From an uncultured Bacteroidota bacterium (GTDB lineage: Bacteria; Bacteroidota; Bacteroidia; UKL13-3), in NCBI GenBank assembly GCA_903850915.1, contig CAINMV010000023.1, forward strand, positions 51,769-115,768: DNA of 64,000 nt, in the 5' to 3' direction. Under the pieces are notes generated by a model that did no database searches, had not been told where the DNA came from, and saw only the letters and a list, made by a program, of their open reading frames with translations. The translations under genes and the position numbers were made by a program. This document shows positions 20,579 through 29,271 of this stretch, piece after piece. Every line of letters starts with the position of its first letter. Within the stretch, counting starts at the first letter, position 1.

Positions 20579-22426
20579 ATGAAATTCCTACTTTCTTTAA
20601 TTTTACTCAGTAGCTTTAGTTTAAATATATTTTCACAATCGCAGAAAAAAATTATAGTTCCTCTTGCTGCCGCTATAAATGCAGCTGCAATTCCGGACGG
20701 GTTTGATGTAAATATACTTACAATAAAGTCTCAACCGCATCCTGCTTCTGGGTCTGAGCTCTTAAAAAGGCAATTAAACGAAGAACGACAGGTAAAACAG
20801 CAAAAACCAATTTCATTAAACAAAACAAATACTACCAATAACGCGGCCACGCCTATCCTACTAAAAGTGTTTCAAGCAAACTTTGCGAGTAGCATTCCAA
20901 ACGATAATCATATGGCTATTTCTAATGGTGGAAAAATAGTAAGTGTGGTAAATAGTAATGTGCGCATGTACGATGAAACCGGAACACTTATTTTCACAAA
21001 GGGACTTAGTGCCTTTAGCAGTGCAATTGGAAACTATGCGAACATTTCCGATCCTCGGGTACTTTACGATCAAGAATCTGATCGCTTCATAATGTTGTAT
21101 TTCAGCGGATACTACGCTACAAATAGCACAATTATTGTTGGATTTAGCAAAACAAATGATCCAACTGCACTTTGGAATTTCTATAAGGTCCCTGGGAATC
21201 CTTATAATGACACCTCTTGGAGTGATTACCCAATTCTTACCTTAACAAAAGGTGAACTTTTCTTTACCTTTAACTTATTACAAGATGGTATTGTTGATTG
21301 GCGTAAGGCCTTTAAACAAAGTATTATTTGGCAGGTCGATAAGCAAAAAGGCTATGCTGGCGATTCCCTAATAACAAAAGTCTGGGGCGATATAAAATAT
21401 AATGGTAGGCCATTATGGAACATTTGTCCGGCACAAGGTGGCAGCGCGCTTCAAAACAACGGTGTTTATTTTGTTTCAGTTCGACCTAGCGACCTACAAA
21501 ATGATAGCGTATTTCTAACCTATTTAAGTGGCACTTTGGTAAGCAGCAGTCCTCAACTAACCACACGCGTATTCAAACAAAACAAAACCTATGGGTTGCC
21601 ACCAAATGTTCCAATGCCCAACAGAAATTACTTACAAACCAACGATGCACGTGTATTAAGTGCTACTATTGAGAACAACATGTTGCATTATGTTCAAAAC
21701 ACCATCGACACCACCTTTAACACAGCAGGCGTTTATTATGGACGAATTGCCAATCCACAAAACAGCAATCCTATACTTACCGCAACAATAATCCGCAACG
21801 ACACGATGGACTATGGCTACCCTTCAGTAGCCTATGTTGGCGGAGGTTTGACGGACAATAGTGTGATGATTACCTGTTCCCATACCTCAAAAAACATTAA
21901 ACCTGGCACATCTGTTTTTTATGCCGATCGATTAGGACAAATTTCATCGCAGCTAAGATGTAAGGATGGTGAAGGTTGGATTAACGCCTTAACAGATACA
22001 AACGAACGTTGGGGCGATTATACTGGCATACAACGAAAATACAATGAGGCAGGCATAGCTTGGCTTTGCGGATCTTACGGCGACCCATTAAGCGGATATT
22101 ATCGCACATGGATTTCGAAGGTGAAAAATAATGATTACAGCTTTGGAATCGCGCCTAAAATAGAAGAAACGAAACTAACGCAACTATATCCAAATCCCAC
22201 AAAAAACCTTGTAAATGTAGAGTTTGAAGCAACTAATAAATCAAATATTATTGCAGATGTATTTGATATAAATGGCAAGTACGTTGCGCATGTTTATGAA
22301 GATGCTGTGCATGATGGGCTAAACAGATTTACTTTCAACACCAATACCTTTAGCAAAGGGATTTACTTTTTAAAAATAACTACATCGGGTAAGACCATAG
22401 TAAATAAGAAATTTGTGGTAGACTAA
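20579..22426 (+). CDS. T9SS type A cargo protein of unknown function
   Basis: Signal peptide; DPRVLYD, WSDYP and RWGDY motifs; CTD LYPNP...KGIYFLKI...KKFVV. Confidence 0.85.
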   Translation: MKFLLSLILLSSFSLNIFSQSQKKIIVPLAAAINAAAIPDGFDVNILTIKSQPHPASGSELLKRQLNEERQVKQQKPISLNKTNTTNNAATPILLKVFQANFASSIPNDNHMAISNGGKIVSVVNSNVRMYDETGTLIFTKGLSAFSSAIGNYANISDPRVLYDQESDRFIMLYFSGYYATNSTIIVGFSKTNDPTALWNFYKVPGNPYNDTSWSDYPILTLTKGELFFTFNLLQDGIVDWRKAFKQSIIWQVDKQKGYAGDSLITKVWGDIKYNGRPLWNICPAQGGSALQNNGVYFVSVRPSDLQNDSVFLTYLSGTLVSSSPQLTTRVFKQNKTYGLPPNVPMPNRNYLQTNDARVLSATIENNMLHYVQNTIDTTFNTAGVYYGRIANPQNSNPILTATIIRNDTMDYGYPSVAYVGGGLTDNSVMITCSHTSKNIKPGTSVFYADRLGQISSQLRCKDGEGWINALTDTNERWGDYTGIQRKYNEAGIAWLCGSYGDPLSGYYRTWISKVKNNDYSFGIAPKIEETKLTQLYPNPTKNLVNVEFEATNKSNIIADVFDINGKYVAHVYEDAVHDGLNRFTFNTNTFSKGIYFLKITTSGKTIVNKKFVVD

Positions 22427-22427
22427 T

Positions 22428-23330
22428 TTACTCGCTGAAGTACATACTTAAATAACTTTCATAACGCGCAATAGAAATTTTAGCAGCCGTAACAGCTTCT
22501 TTTACTGCGCATTCGGGTTCATTTACGTGCAGGCAATCATTGAATTTGCATAGAGGGGCAAATGATGTAAACTCAATCATATATTCTTTAATCTCATTCT
22601 TGGAGAGATGAATAACACCAAAATCTTTGATTCCAGGAGTGTCGATGATAAATGCATCATGGAATAACTCGTGCATTTCGGCAAAAGTGGTCGTATGTTT
22701 GCCTTTATTATTCGACTCTGAAATAATTCCTGTACGAAGGTTAAATTCTGGATTAAGTTTATTAATGAGTGTAGATTTCCCAGTACCGGAGTGGCCAGCA
22801 ATCAATGAAGTTTTACTAGTAAATAACAACTTGATTGTTTCAATATGAAAGCCAGTTTTTGCTGAAACTTCATAACAAGGATATCCAATATCCTCATACA
22901 TTTCAACTATTTTTTTTTGATACCATTTGGCCTCCTCATCAAGTAAATCATATTTATTAAAAACTAAAATAGTTGGGATATGAAATGATGCCGCAGCCAC
23001 TAAAAACCGATCAATGAAACCTAACGAAGTCAGCGGAGATGTGGTAGTAACAAACATAATCGCTTGGTCGATATTACTTGCGATAATGTGCGTTTGTTTA
23101 GACAGATTATTGGACTTACGAATGATATAATTTGAACGTGGAAAAATTGTTTTAATCATGTAGTCTGGTGAATCTTCCAACACCTCAACATGATCCCCAA
23201 CAGCAATTGGATTGGTGCTTTTAATTCCTTGAAGCCTAAATTTCCCTTTTATTCTTGCTTCTATGATGCTGCCATTTTCAAGCCTTACCACATACCAACT
23301 CCCGGTTGATTTAAATACAATTCCCCTCAT
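22428..23330 (-). CDS. rsgA: Ribosome small subunit-dependent GTPase A
   Basis: Circularly permuted NKYD, GHSGTGKS, GKHTTT, DTPG; C-terminal CKFNDCLHVNEPEC zinc site. Confidence 0.96.
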   Translation of the reverse strand: MRGIVFKSTGSWYVVRLENGSIIEARIKGKFRLQGIKSTNPIAVGDHVEVLEDSPDYMIKTIFPRSNYIIRKSNNLSKQTHIIASNIDQAIMFVTTTSPLTSLGFIDRFLVAAASFHIPTILVFNKYDLLDEEAKWYQKKIVEMYEDIGYPCYEVSAKTGFHIETIKLLFTSKTSLIAGHSGTGKSTLINKLNPEFNLRTGIISESNNKGKHTTTFAEMHELFHDAFIIDTPGIKDFGVIHLSKNEIKEYMIEFTSFAPLCKFNDCLHVNEPECAVKEAVTAAKISIARYESYLSMYFSE

Positions 23331-24493
23331 TCGAAATCTTTGTATAACAAATACTTTTTACGCATCAATTTATATTTCTTTAATCCTTCATCCCACGACT
23401 TCTGAATTTCTTCGATAGACTTACCTGCAATTATTTGCTTTCGCAATTGGTCGGTTCCTGCAAGCTTATCAAAGTAATTATTAAAGAATTTAGTTTTGTC
23501 TGTGCTTTTTTCGTAGAACCCTTGCAGCCAATATAAGTAGAGACGCTTGGACGTAACGATATACGAATCACAAAAATTAGTAAGATCAAACCCTGAACAA
23601 ATTTGATTTTTATATAAAGGAGCATCAGAAATACCCGGAATCACTTTAGGTATAAATTTTATTCTGCCATCGGCAAAATTTGGCCTTCCAATTTGCTGAA
23701 ACGGCTTATCCGTGCCTCGACCAACACTTACATCGGTGCCTTCAAAGAAACACAAGCTCGGATACAAATAAACACTTTGAGAAGTTGGCAAATTTGGGGA
23801 TGGCTTTACAGGCAGAGGATACAACGTATTATGATCATAACCGGTAACTTTTAATAGTATTATTTTACACCAAAGATTGTCACCTAGCCAATGTTCCCCA
23901 TTAATCATCTGCGCATATTCGGCAATGGTCATGCCATGCACAACAGGCACCGGATGCATTCCAACAAATGATTTGAAAGCCGTATCTAAAATTGGGCCAT
24001 CAATATAATATCCATTTGGATTAGGCCTATCTAAAATTATTACAGTCTTCTTGTTTTCCGCGCAGGCCTGCATTACATAATGCAAAGTGCTAATGAAGGT
24101 ATAAAAACGAGCCCCAACATCCTGAATGTCAAAAATTACAATATCTACATCACTTAAATCTTGTACCGAAGGCTTGAAATTTTTGCCATAAAGCGAGATA
24201 ACTTTCAATCCTGTTTTTTTATCAATGCTCGTTGAAATTTTCGCACCTGCCTCATTATCACCTCGAAATCCATGTTCAGGCGCAAATATTTTTTTAATGT
24301 CCACCTTTAATTTCTGCAAGGTATCCACCAGATGCACTTGACCAATTACAGCTGTTTGGTTGACCACCAATGCAACTCTCTTATCTTTTATAAGAGGTAA
24401 ATAATATTTCAGTTGCTCTGCTCCAGTGACAATTTTTTGCGCGAGGACGGCATTACTGATAAAAACTAATAAAATAAATATACTTTTACGCAT
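23327..24493 (-). CDS. namZ: Exo-beta-N-acetylmuramidase NamZ (DUF1343)
   Basis: FAPEHGFRG, FDIQDVGARFYT, LDRPNP, PSPNLP, SVGRGT. Confidence 0.9.
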   Translation of the reverse strand: MRKSIFILLVFISNAVLAQKIVTGAEQLKYYLPLIKDKRVALVVNQTAVIGQVHLVDTLQKLKVDIKKIFAPEHGFRGDNEAGAKISTSIDKKTGLKVISLYGKNFKPSVQDLSDVDIVIFDIQDVGARFYTFISTLHYVMQACAENKKTVIILDRPNPNGYYIDGPILDTAFKSFVGMHPVPVVHGMTIAEYAQMINGEHWLGDNLWCKIILLKVTGYDHNTLYPLPVKPSPNLPTSQSVYLYPSLCFFEGTDVSVGRGTDKPFQQIGRPNFADGRIKFIPKVIPGISDAPLYKNQICSGFDLTNFCDSYIVTSKRLYLYWLQGFYEKSTDKTKFFNNYFDKLAGTDQLRKQIIAGKSIEEIQKSWDEGLKKYKLMRKKYLLYKDFE

Positions 24494-24552
24494 GATTTTT
24501 TAGGAATACAAACCAAAATTATCATTTTCGTTGCAATAATACTTGTTAAATT

Positions 24553-25770
24553 TTGAACCTACCGTTTTTTTTATCGCGAAAGCTTAAGTTTGGAGGCAAT
24601 ACTATAAATGCAAAGGTGATGCAACGCATTGCTGTTGGCACTGTTTTGGTAAGTATTGTTGTTATGCAATTGTCTTTTGCAGTGATGCATGGCTTTAGAA
24701 ACGAGGTTACATCCATAGTAAAAAACTTCAATGCTGATATTGTAATAAAACGTCTATCCTTTAATAGCACACTCGAAAATGCCCCAATAGAGAACTTTCC
24801 GCAAATAATAGAAACTATAAATCAAGAGAAAACTATTGTAAGAAGTTTCCCATTAGCAACCAAGCCAGGCATTATTAACACCGGAAATGAAATTGAAGGT
24901 GTGGTATTACGTGGAGTTAATCAGGATTACGACAGCAATTACTTCAAACATTTTATTATTGAAGGGACTTTTATCCATTTTAAGTCTGAAAGTCCCACCA
25001 AAGACATTGTAATTTCTTCGTTTTTCGCAAACAGACTAATGTTAAAAATTGGCGATAAACTGCCCGTTTATTTCATGCAGGATACCATACGTGTTAAGCA
25101 GTTTGTGGTATGCGGAATTTATGAAACTGGCATGGAAGACCTAGATACCAAATTTGCACTTTGCGATATACGACATCTACAAAAAGTAAATTACTGGCAG
25201 TCAAATTTCGCAAGTTCAATTTTGGCGGAGACCAAGCCTGGTGGCGATAATAATAAAATAAAAGAGGAAATACAACTGCAATTAGGAAATGATTATTCTG
25301 CCCAGACTTTGCAAGAAGTATATCCGCAACTCTTCGACTGGCTATCGTTAGTTGACACTAATGCTGTTATAATTTCTGTGCTTATGCTTATTGTCTCATG
25401 CATCAGCATGATTACGGTTTTGCTTATTGTGATTCTCGATAAAACACAAACAATTGGAACCTTAAAGGCCCTAGGACTAAGCAATGGCAATACAATTAGA
25501 GTGTTTTGGTATAAATCAGCACGTATTATCCTACGTGGCATTTTTTGGGGCAACATCGTTTTCCTGATGATTGCTTTTATGCAAACCCAATTTCACATTA
25601 TACAACTTCCGAAAAAAGATTATTACGTTAGCAATGTACCAATTGCAATAAACTGGGCAGAAGTTGTAATAATTGACCTTGGCACATTGGCGCTTTGTTT
25701 GTTGTGTATGCTTTTACCGGTTCAAATTGTTAGCCGTGTGAATACTGTTAAAGTACTCCGCTTTAATTGA
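24553..25770 (+). CDS. ABC transporter permease, LolC/E-FtsX family (TTG start)
   Basis: One TM helix, large periplasmic domain, three TM helices; IGTLKALG, YYVSNVPI. Confidence 0.88.
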   Translation: MNLPFFLSRKLKFGGNTINAKVMQRIAVGTVLVSIVVMQLSFAVMHGFRNEVTSIVKNFNADIVIKRLSFNSTLENAPIENFPQIIETINQEKTIVRSFPLATKPGIINTGNEIEGVVLRGVNQDYDSNYFKHFIIEGTFIHFKSESPTKDIVISSFFANRLMLKIGDKLPVYFMQDTIRVKQFVVCGIYETGMEDLDTKFALCDIRHLQKVNYWQSNFASSILAETKPGGDNNKIKEEIQLQLGNDYSAQTLQEVYPQLFDWLSLVDTNAVIISVLMLIVSCISMITVLLIVILDKTQTIGTLKALGLSNGNTIRVFWYKSARIILRGIFWGNIVFLMIAFMQTQFHIIQLPKKDYYVSNVPIAINWAEVVIIDLGTLALCLLCMLLPVQIVSRVNTVKVLRFN

Positions 25771-25928
25771 TATTGAGGGGATTAATATAAAATACTTACT
25801 AAAGGTCGATTTATCGTTGAATTAAACACCGATTGCAGCTCGAAAAGAAATTTTGATAACCTAAAATATTTCATCAAGTTTGCATTAGTAAACAACACAT
25901 CTCTTTTCTCACTTTAACCGGTCTAATT

Positions 25929-26222
25929 ATGGAAGCTTCACAAACACAAATTGATGGTCATTTAGACATCTTCACTAAAAACAACGAAATTTTCATTAAT
26001 GGCGATTCTGTTGGATTACGTTCATTATCAAATCTTCTTCTTCAAATGGCAAATATTATCGAAGAAGATGATGAGAATTTAAACGCTGGAGATAGAGAGC
26101 ACATAAGCTTAACCCCAAATAAAGACCTGTCGAAGAGTTCCGATGCTCTTACTATTGGCCGCTTAGAAGCCAAATTCACTGGAAACTTCTACGAAGGTTA
26201 TATTCCAAGAGAAAACAATTAG
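25929..26222 (+). CDS. Small acidic protein resembling Imm32-type immunity proteins
   Basis: IFINGDSVGLRSL...REHISL...LTIGRL pattern; recognised by eye only. Confidence 0.5.
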   Translation: MEASQTQIDGHLDIFTKNNEIFINGDSVGLRSLSNLLLQMANIIEEDDENLNAGDREHISLTPNKDLSKSSDALTIGRLEAKFTGNFYEGYIPRENN

Positions 26223-26247
26223 TGCCATTGGAGGTCTCCCAATGCCT

Positions 26248-27303
26248 TTAATCAATGATGGAAACCGACCTAATATAGTCGATTACTAAGGTATTGAATT
26301 TCTGCTCCTTTTCTAAGAAACTTACCTCGATAGGTAAATAATAAATTGGAATGTTTTTAAATTGATTTTCCAATTCGGTGGCACGAATGCGCATCCAATC
26401 TTTTTCGGTACAAATCACAATTTTATCACTGGATATTTTGGAAAATCGATGCACGATATCATCAATTTCCGTTACATCAAAAGCATGATGATCTTTATAT
26501 TCTAGAGGGATTATTGACTTAAAATGACGCTCACAATAATTTTCAAATGGAGCCGCATTAGCAATTCCAGAAAACACCAAGGCGTTTAAACTTCCCAGGT
26601 TTTCAAGTGTTAATCCGCTAAAAGCGTGCACTGGGGCACCGTAATTGATTGTAGTAAAGAAAACATGCTGATGCGATAACGGTCGTATTTTCTTTATATA
26701 TTCTTTTTTAGTTACTTCAGTAATTTCCAACGGACATTTAGTAACAATAATAACATCCGCCCTATTGTAACCAGAGGCCCATTCGCGCAACGTTCCAGCC
26801 GGAAGCAAGAAGTCGTTGAAAAAAGGTTTCTCAAATGTAGTTAATAAAATATTTAATCCGGGTTTTACAGAACGATGTTGATAGGCATCATCCATAATTA
26901 TAACATCTGTTTCCGGATGATCGGCGATTAAATTTGGTATGGCAAACAATCGTTTTTCGCAAACTACGACCAAGGTATCTTTGAATTTTGTGGCATACAA
27001 TAACGGCTCATCTCCAATCTCTTCGGCAATACTATTCGAATCAGCGAGGATATATCCAAGCGACTTTCGTCCATAACCTCGACTAAGAGTAGCTGTTTTA
27101 TAATGAGCTTCCAAAAGACGTAAAAGATACTCCACATGTGGCGTTTTGCCTGTACCACCGACAGCAAGATTTCCAACATTTACTACAGGCAAGTCAAATT
27201 GCTGTTCCGGATAAACATCCCAATCGAACATTTTATTTCGAATCCAAATGCCCAGCCCATAGAGCAAAGCGAAAGGAAACATGAGGTATTTAAAAACTAT
27301 CAA
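26248..27303 (-). CDS. lpxK: Tetraacyldisaccharide 4'-kinase
   Basis: VGNLAVGGTGKTP, LSRGYGR, GDEP, DDAYQH, PAGTLRE, TEKD. Start uncertain: TTG 27303 or ATG 27282. Confidence 0.95.
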   Translation of the reverse strand: MIVFKYLMFPFALLYGLGIWIRNKMFDWDVYPEQQFDLPVVNVGNLAVGGTGKTPHVEYLLRLLEAHYKTATLSRGYGRKSLGYILADSNSIAEEIGDEPLLYATKFKDTLVVVCEKRLFAIPNLIADHPETDVIIMDDAYQHRSVKPGLNILLTTFEKPFFNDFLLPAGTLREWASGYNRADVIIVTKCPLEITEVTKKEYIKKIRPLSHQHVFFTTINYGAPVHAFSGLTLENLGSLNALVFSGIANAAPFENYCERHFKSIIPLEYKDHHAFDVTEIDDIVHRFSKISSDKIVICTEKDWMRIRATELENQFKNIPIYYLPIEVSFLEKEQKFNTLVIDYIRSVSIID

Positions 27304-27313
27304 TATTGAAATG

Positions 27314-27329
27314 TATTTTTGCAAAAATA
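27314..27329. promoter_or_regulatory. Palindromic double -7 element between lpxK and the Nif3 gene
   Basis: TATTTTTGCAAAAATA is a perfect 16-bp palindrome with TAnnTTTG on each strand. Confidence 0.6.
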
Positions 27330-27336
27330 GGGAATC

Positions 27337-28440
27337 ATGTTACAAATCAAAGATATCGTTAATTACCTCGAAGCAATTGCGCCTCCAGTTTTACAAGAAA
27401 GTTATGATAATAGCGGATTACTGTTGGGTAATGGTGAAACGGAAATCAGCAAAATACTTATTTGCCTCGATAGCAATGAAGATGTTGTTGATGAGGCTAT
27501 TGCTAAAGGTTGTAATTTAATTGTTGCACATCACCCTATTATTTGGGGCGGATTAAAGCGTATTAACGGGAAAAACATGACCGAGCGTGTGGTAATAAAA
27601 GCCATTAAGAATGATATCGCTATATATGCTTGCCATACGAATTTGGATAAGGTGAAAATTGGGGTAAATCGCAAGTTTGCAGAGAAGCTGCAACTGAAAG
27701 ATTTAAACATTTTAAAGCCTGAAAGAGGGCATTTAAAGAAACTTGTTACGTATATCCCAAAAACACATTTAGAAACATTACGCACGGCCCTTTCGAATGC
27801 AGGTGCTGGTGCCCTTGGCAATTATGATTGCTGTTCTTTTGAATCGACAGGTACTGGAACTTTTCGCGGCAACGCAGAAAGTAATCCCTTTATAGGACAA
27901 GCCGGGCAGCTCAGTCATGAAATCGAACATCGATTAGAGGTTATATTCCCCGTTTATCTTCAACACAAAATAGTTGAAGCGCTCAAAAAAAACCATCCTT
28001 ATGAAGAGATTGCTTATGACATTTATGCACTAGATAATAGCTTTGAATCAGTAGGATTGGGTATGATTGGAAATTTAGATTCAGAAATGGATGTGAATAC
28101 ATTTTTAAGCTGGGTAAAAAACTGCCTTCAAACCAATTCAATACGTTTTGTAAACAGCCAACCTCATCGTAAAATTAAAAAAGTGGCCGTTTGTGGCGGG
28201 GTGGGGCACTTTTTACTTCGTGATGCTATTTCGCTTAAAGCGGATGCTTATATTACCTCAGATGTTAAATACCATGAGATGATGGAAGTCGAAAACCACC
28301 TCTTATATGCTGATATTGGACATTATGAGAGTGAAAAATACACAATGGAGTTGTTTATAGAGCTAATCTCGCAAAAATTCGCTAATATTGCGCTTCTTTT
28401 TTCAGAAAGTAATATCAACCCAGTTCAATATTTTATTTAA
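27337..28440 (+). CDS. Nif3/DUF34 dinuclear metal protein with PII-like insertion
   Basis: YDNSGL, AHHPI, HTNLD, HPYEEIAYD, GHYESE. Confidence 0.93.
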   Translation: MLQIKDIVNYLEAIAPPVLQESYDNSGLLLGNGETEISKILICLDSNEDVVDEAIAKGCNLIVAHHPIIWGGLKRINGKNMTERVVIKAIKNDIAIYACHTNLDKVKIGVNRKFAEKLQLKDLNILKPERGHLKKLVTYIPKTHLETLRTALSNAGAGALGNYDCCSFESTGTGTFRGNAESNPFIGQAGQLSHEIEHRLEVIFPVYLQHKIVEALKKNHPYEEIAYDIYALDNSFESVGLGMIGNLDSEMDVNTFLSWVKNCLQTNSIRFVNSQPHRKIKKVAVCGGVGHFLLRDAISLKADAYITSDVKYHEMMEVENHLLYADIGHYESEKYTMELFIELISQKFANIALLFSESNINPVQYFI

Positions 28441-28444
28441 TACT

Positions 28445-29200
28445 ATGGCTAACAAAGCAGCAGAAATATCGGTAGAAGAAAAATTAAAAGCCCTTTACCA
28501 CGTTCAATTAATCGACACTCAAATTGACAAATTGCGTGCTGTTCGTGGCGAATTGCCTATCGAAGTAAAAGATTTGGAAGATGAAATCATTGGCTTGGAG
28601 ACTCGTCAAAAGAACATCACCAATGGTATTGAAGACTTAGACAATCGCATCGTTGACTTCAGAGCGCGCATCAAAGAATCCCAAAAGTTGCTCAAAAAAT
28701 ATGAAGAACAACAGATGAAGGTGAAAAACAACCGTGAATATGAAGCCATCACCAAAGAAATTGAGGTTGAAGGCCTAGAAATTCTAGCTAACGAAAAGAA
28801 AATCAAGCATGCTGGTTTCGAGAAAAACGAAAAGACCAAAGCCTTAGAATCTATTGCAGAAGAAATCGAAATCCGTAAGGGCGACTTAAAAATCAAGCAA
28901 AAGGAATTAAAAAATATTCTTGAAGAAAGCCAAATCGAAGAGGATAAAATCATGAAGACTCGCGACAAGGCCGCAGAAAGTGTTGCTGAGCGCTTAAATG
29001 TTGCTTACAACCGTATTCGTGACAATTACCGTAATGGCATCGCAGTAGCTACAATAGAGCGTAATAGCTGCAGTGGATGCTTTGCTCAAATCCCTCCTCA
29101 ACGTCAGTTAGATATTAAGCAACATAAGAAGATTACCGTTTGCGAAAACTGTGGCCGAATTTTAATCGATTCAAGCTTAATAGAAGACGCGAAAATCTAA
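28445..29200 (+). CDS. Coiled-coil C4 zinc-ribbon protein (DUF164/CT398-like)
   Basis: Long coiled coil then CSGC...CENCGRIL; usual partner of Nif3. Confidence 0.9.
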   Translation: MANKAAEISVEEKLKALYHVQLIDTQIDKLRAVRGELPIEVKDLEDEIIGLETRQKNITNGIEDLDNRIVDFRARIKESQKLLKKYEEQQMKVKNNREYEAITKEIEVEGLEILANEKKIKHAGFEKNEKTKALESIAEEIEIRKGDLKIKQKELKNILEESQIEEDKIMKTRDKAAESVAERLNVAYNRIRDNYRNGIAVATIERNSCSGCFAQIPPQRQLDIKQHKKITVCENCGRILIDSSLIEDAKI

Positions 29201-29219
29201 TTTAGCGTTGTTATACATT

Positions 29220-29252
29220 AAAAAGGCGAAGCATCACTGCTTCGCCTTTTTT
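29220..29252. terminator. Bidirectional intrinsic terminator
   Basis: AAAAAGGCGAAGCA-tcac-TGCTTCGCCTTTTT between convergent genes. Confidence 0.9.
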
Positions 29253-29271
29253 AATTTTTTCGGGTACCTTA

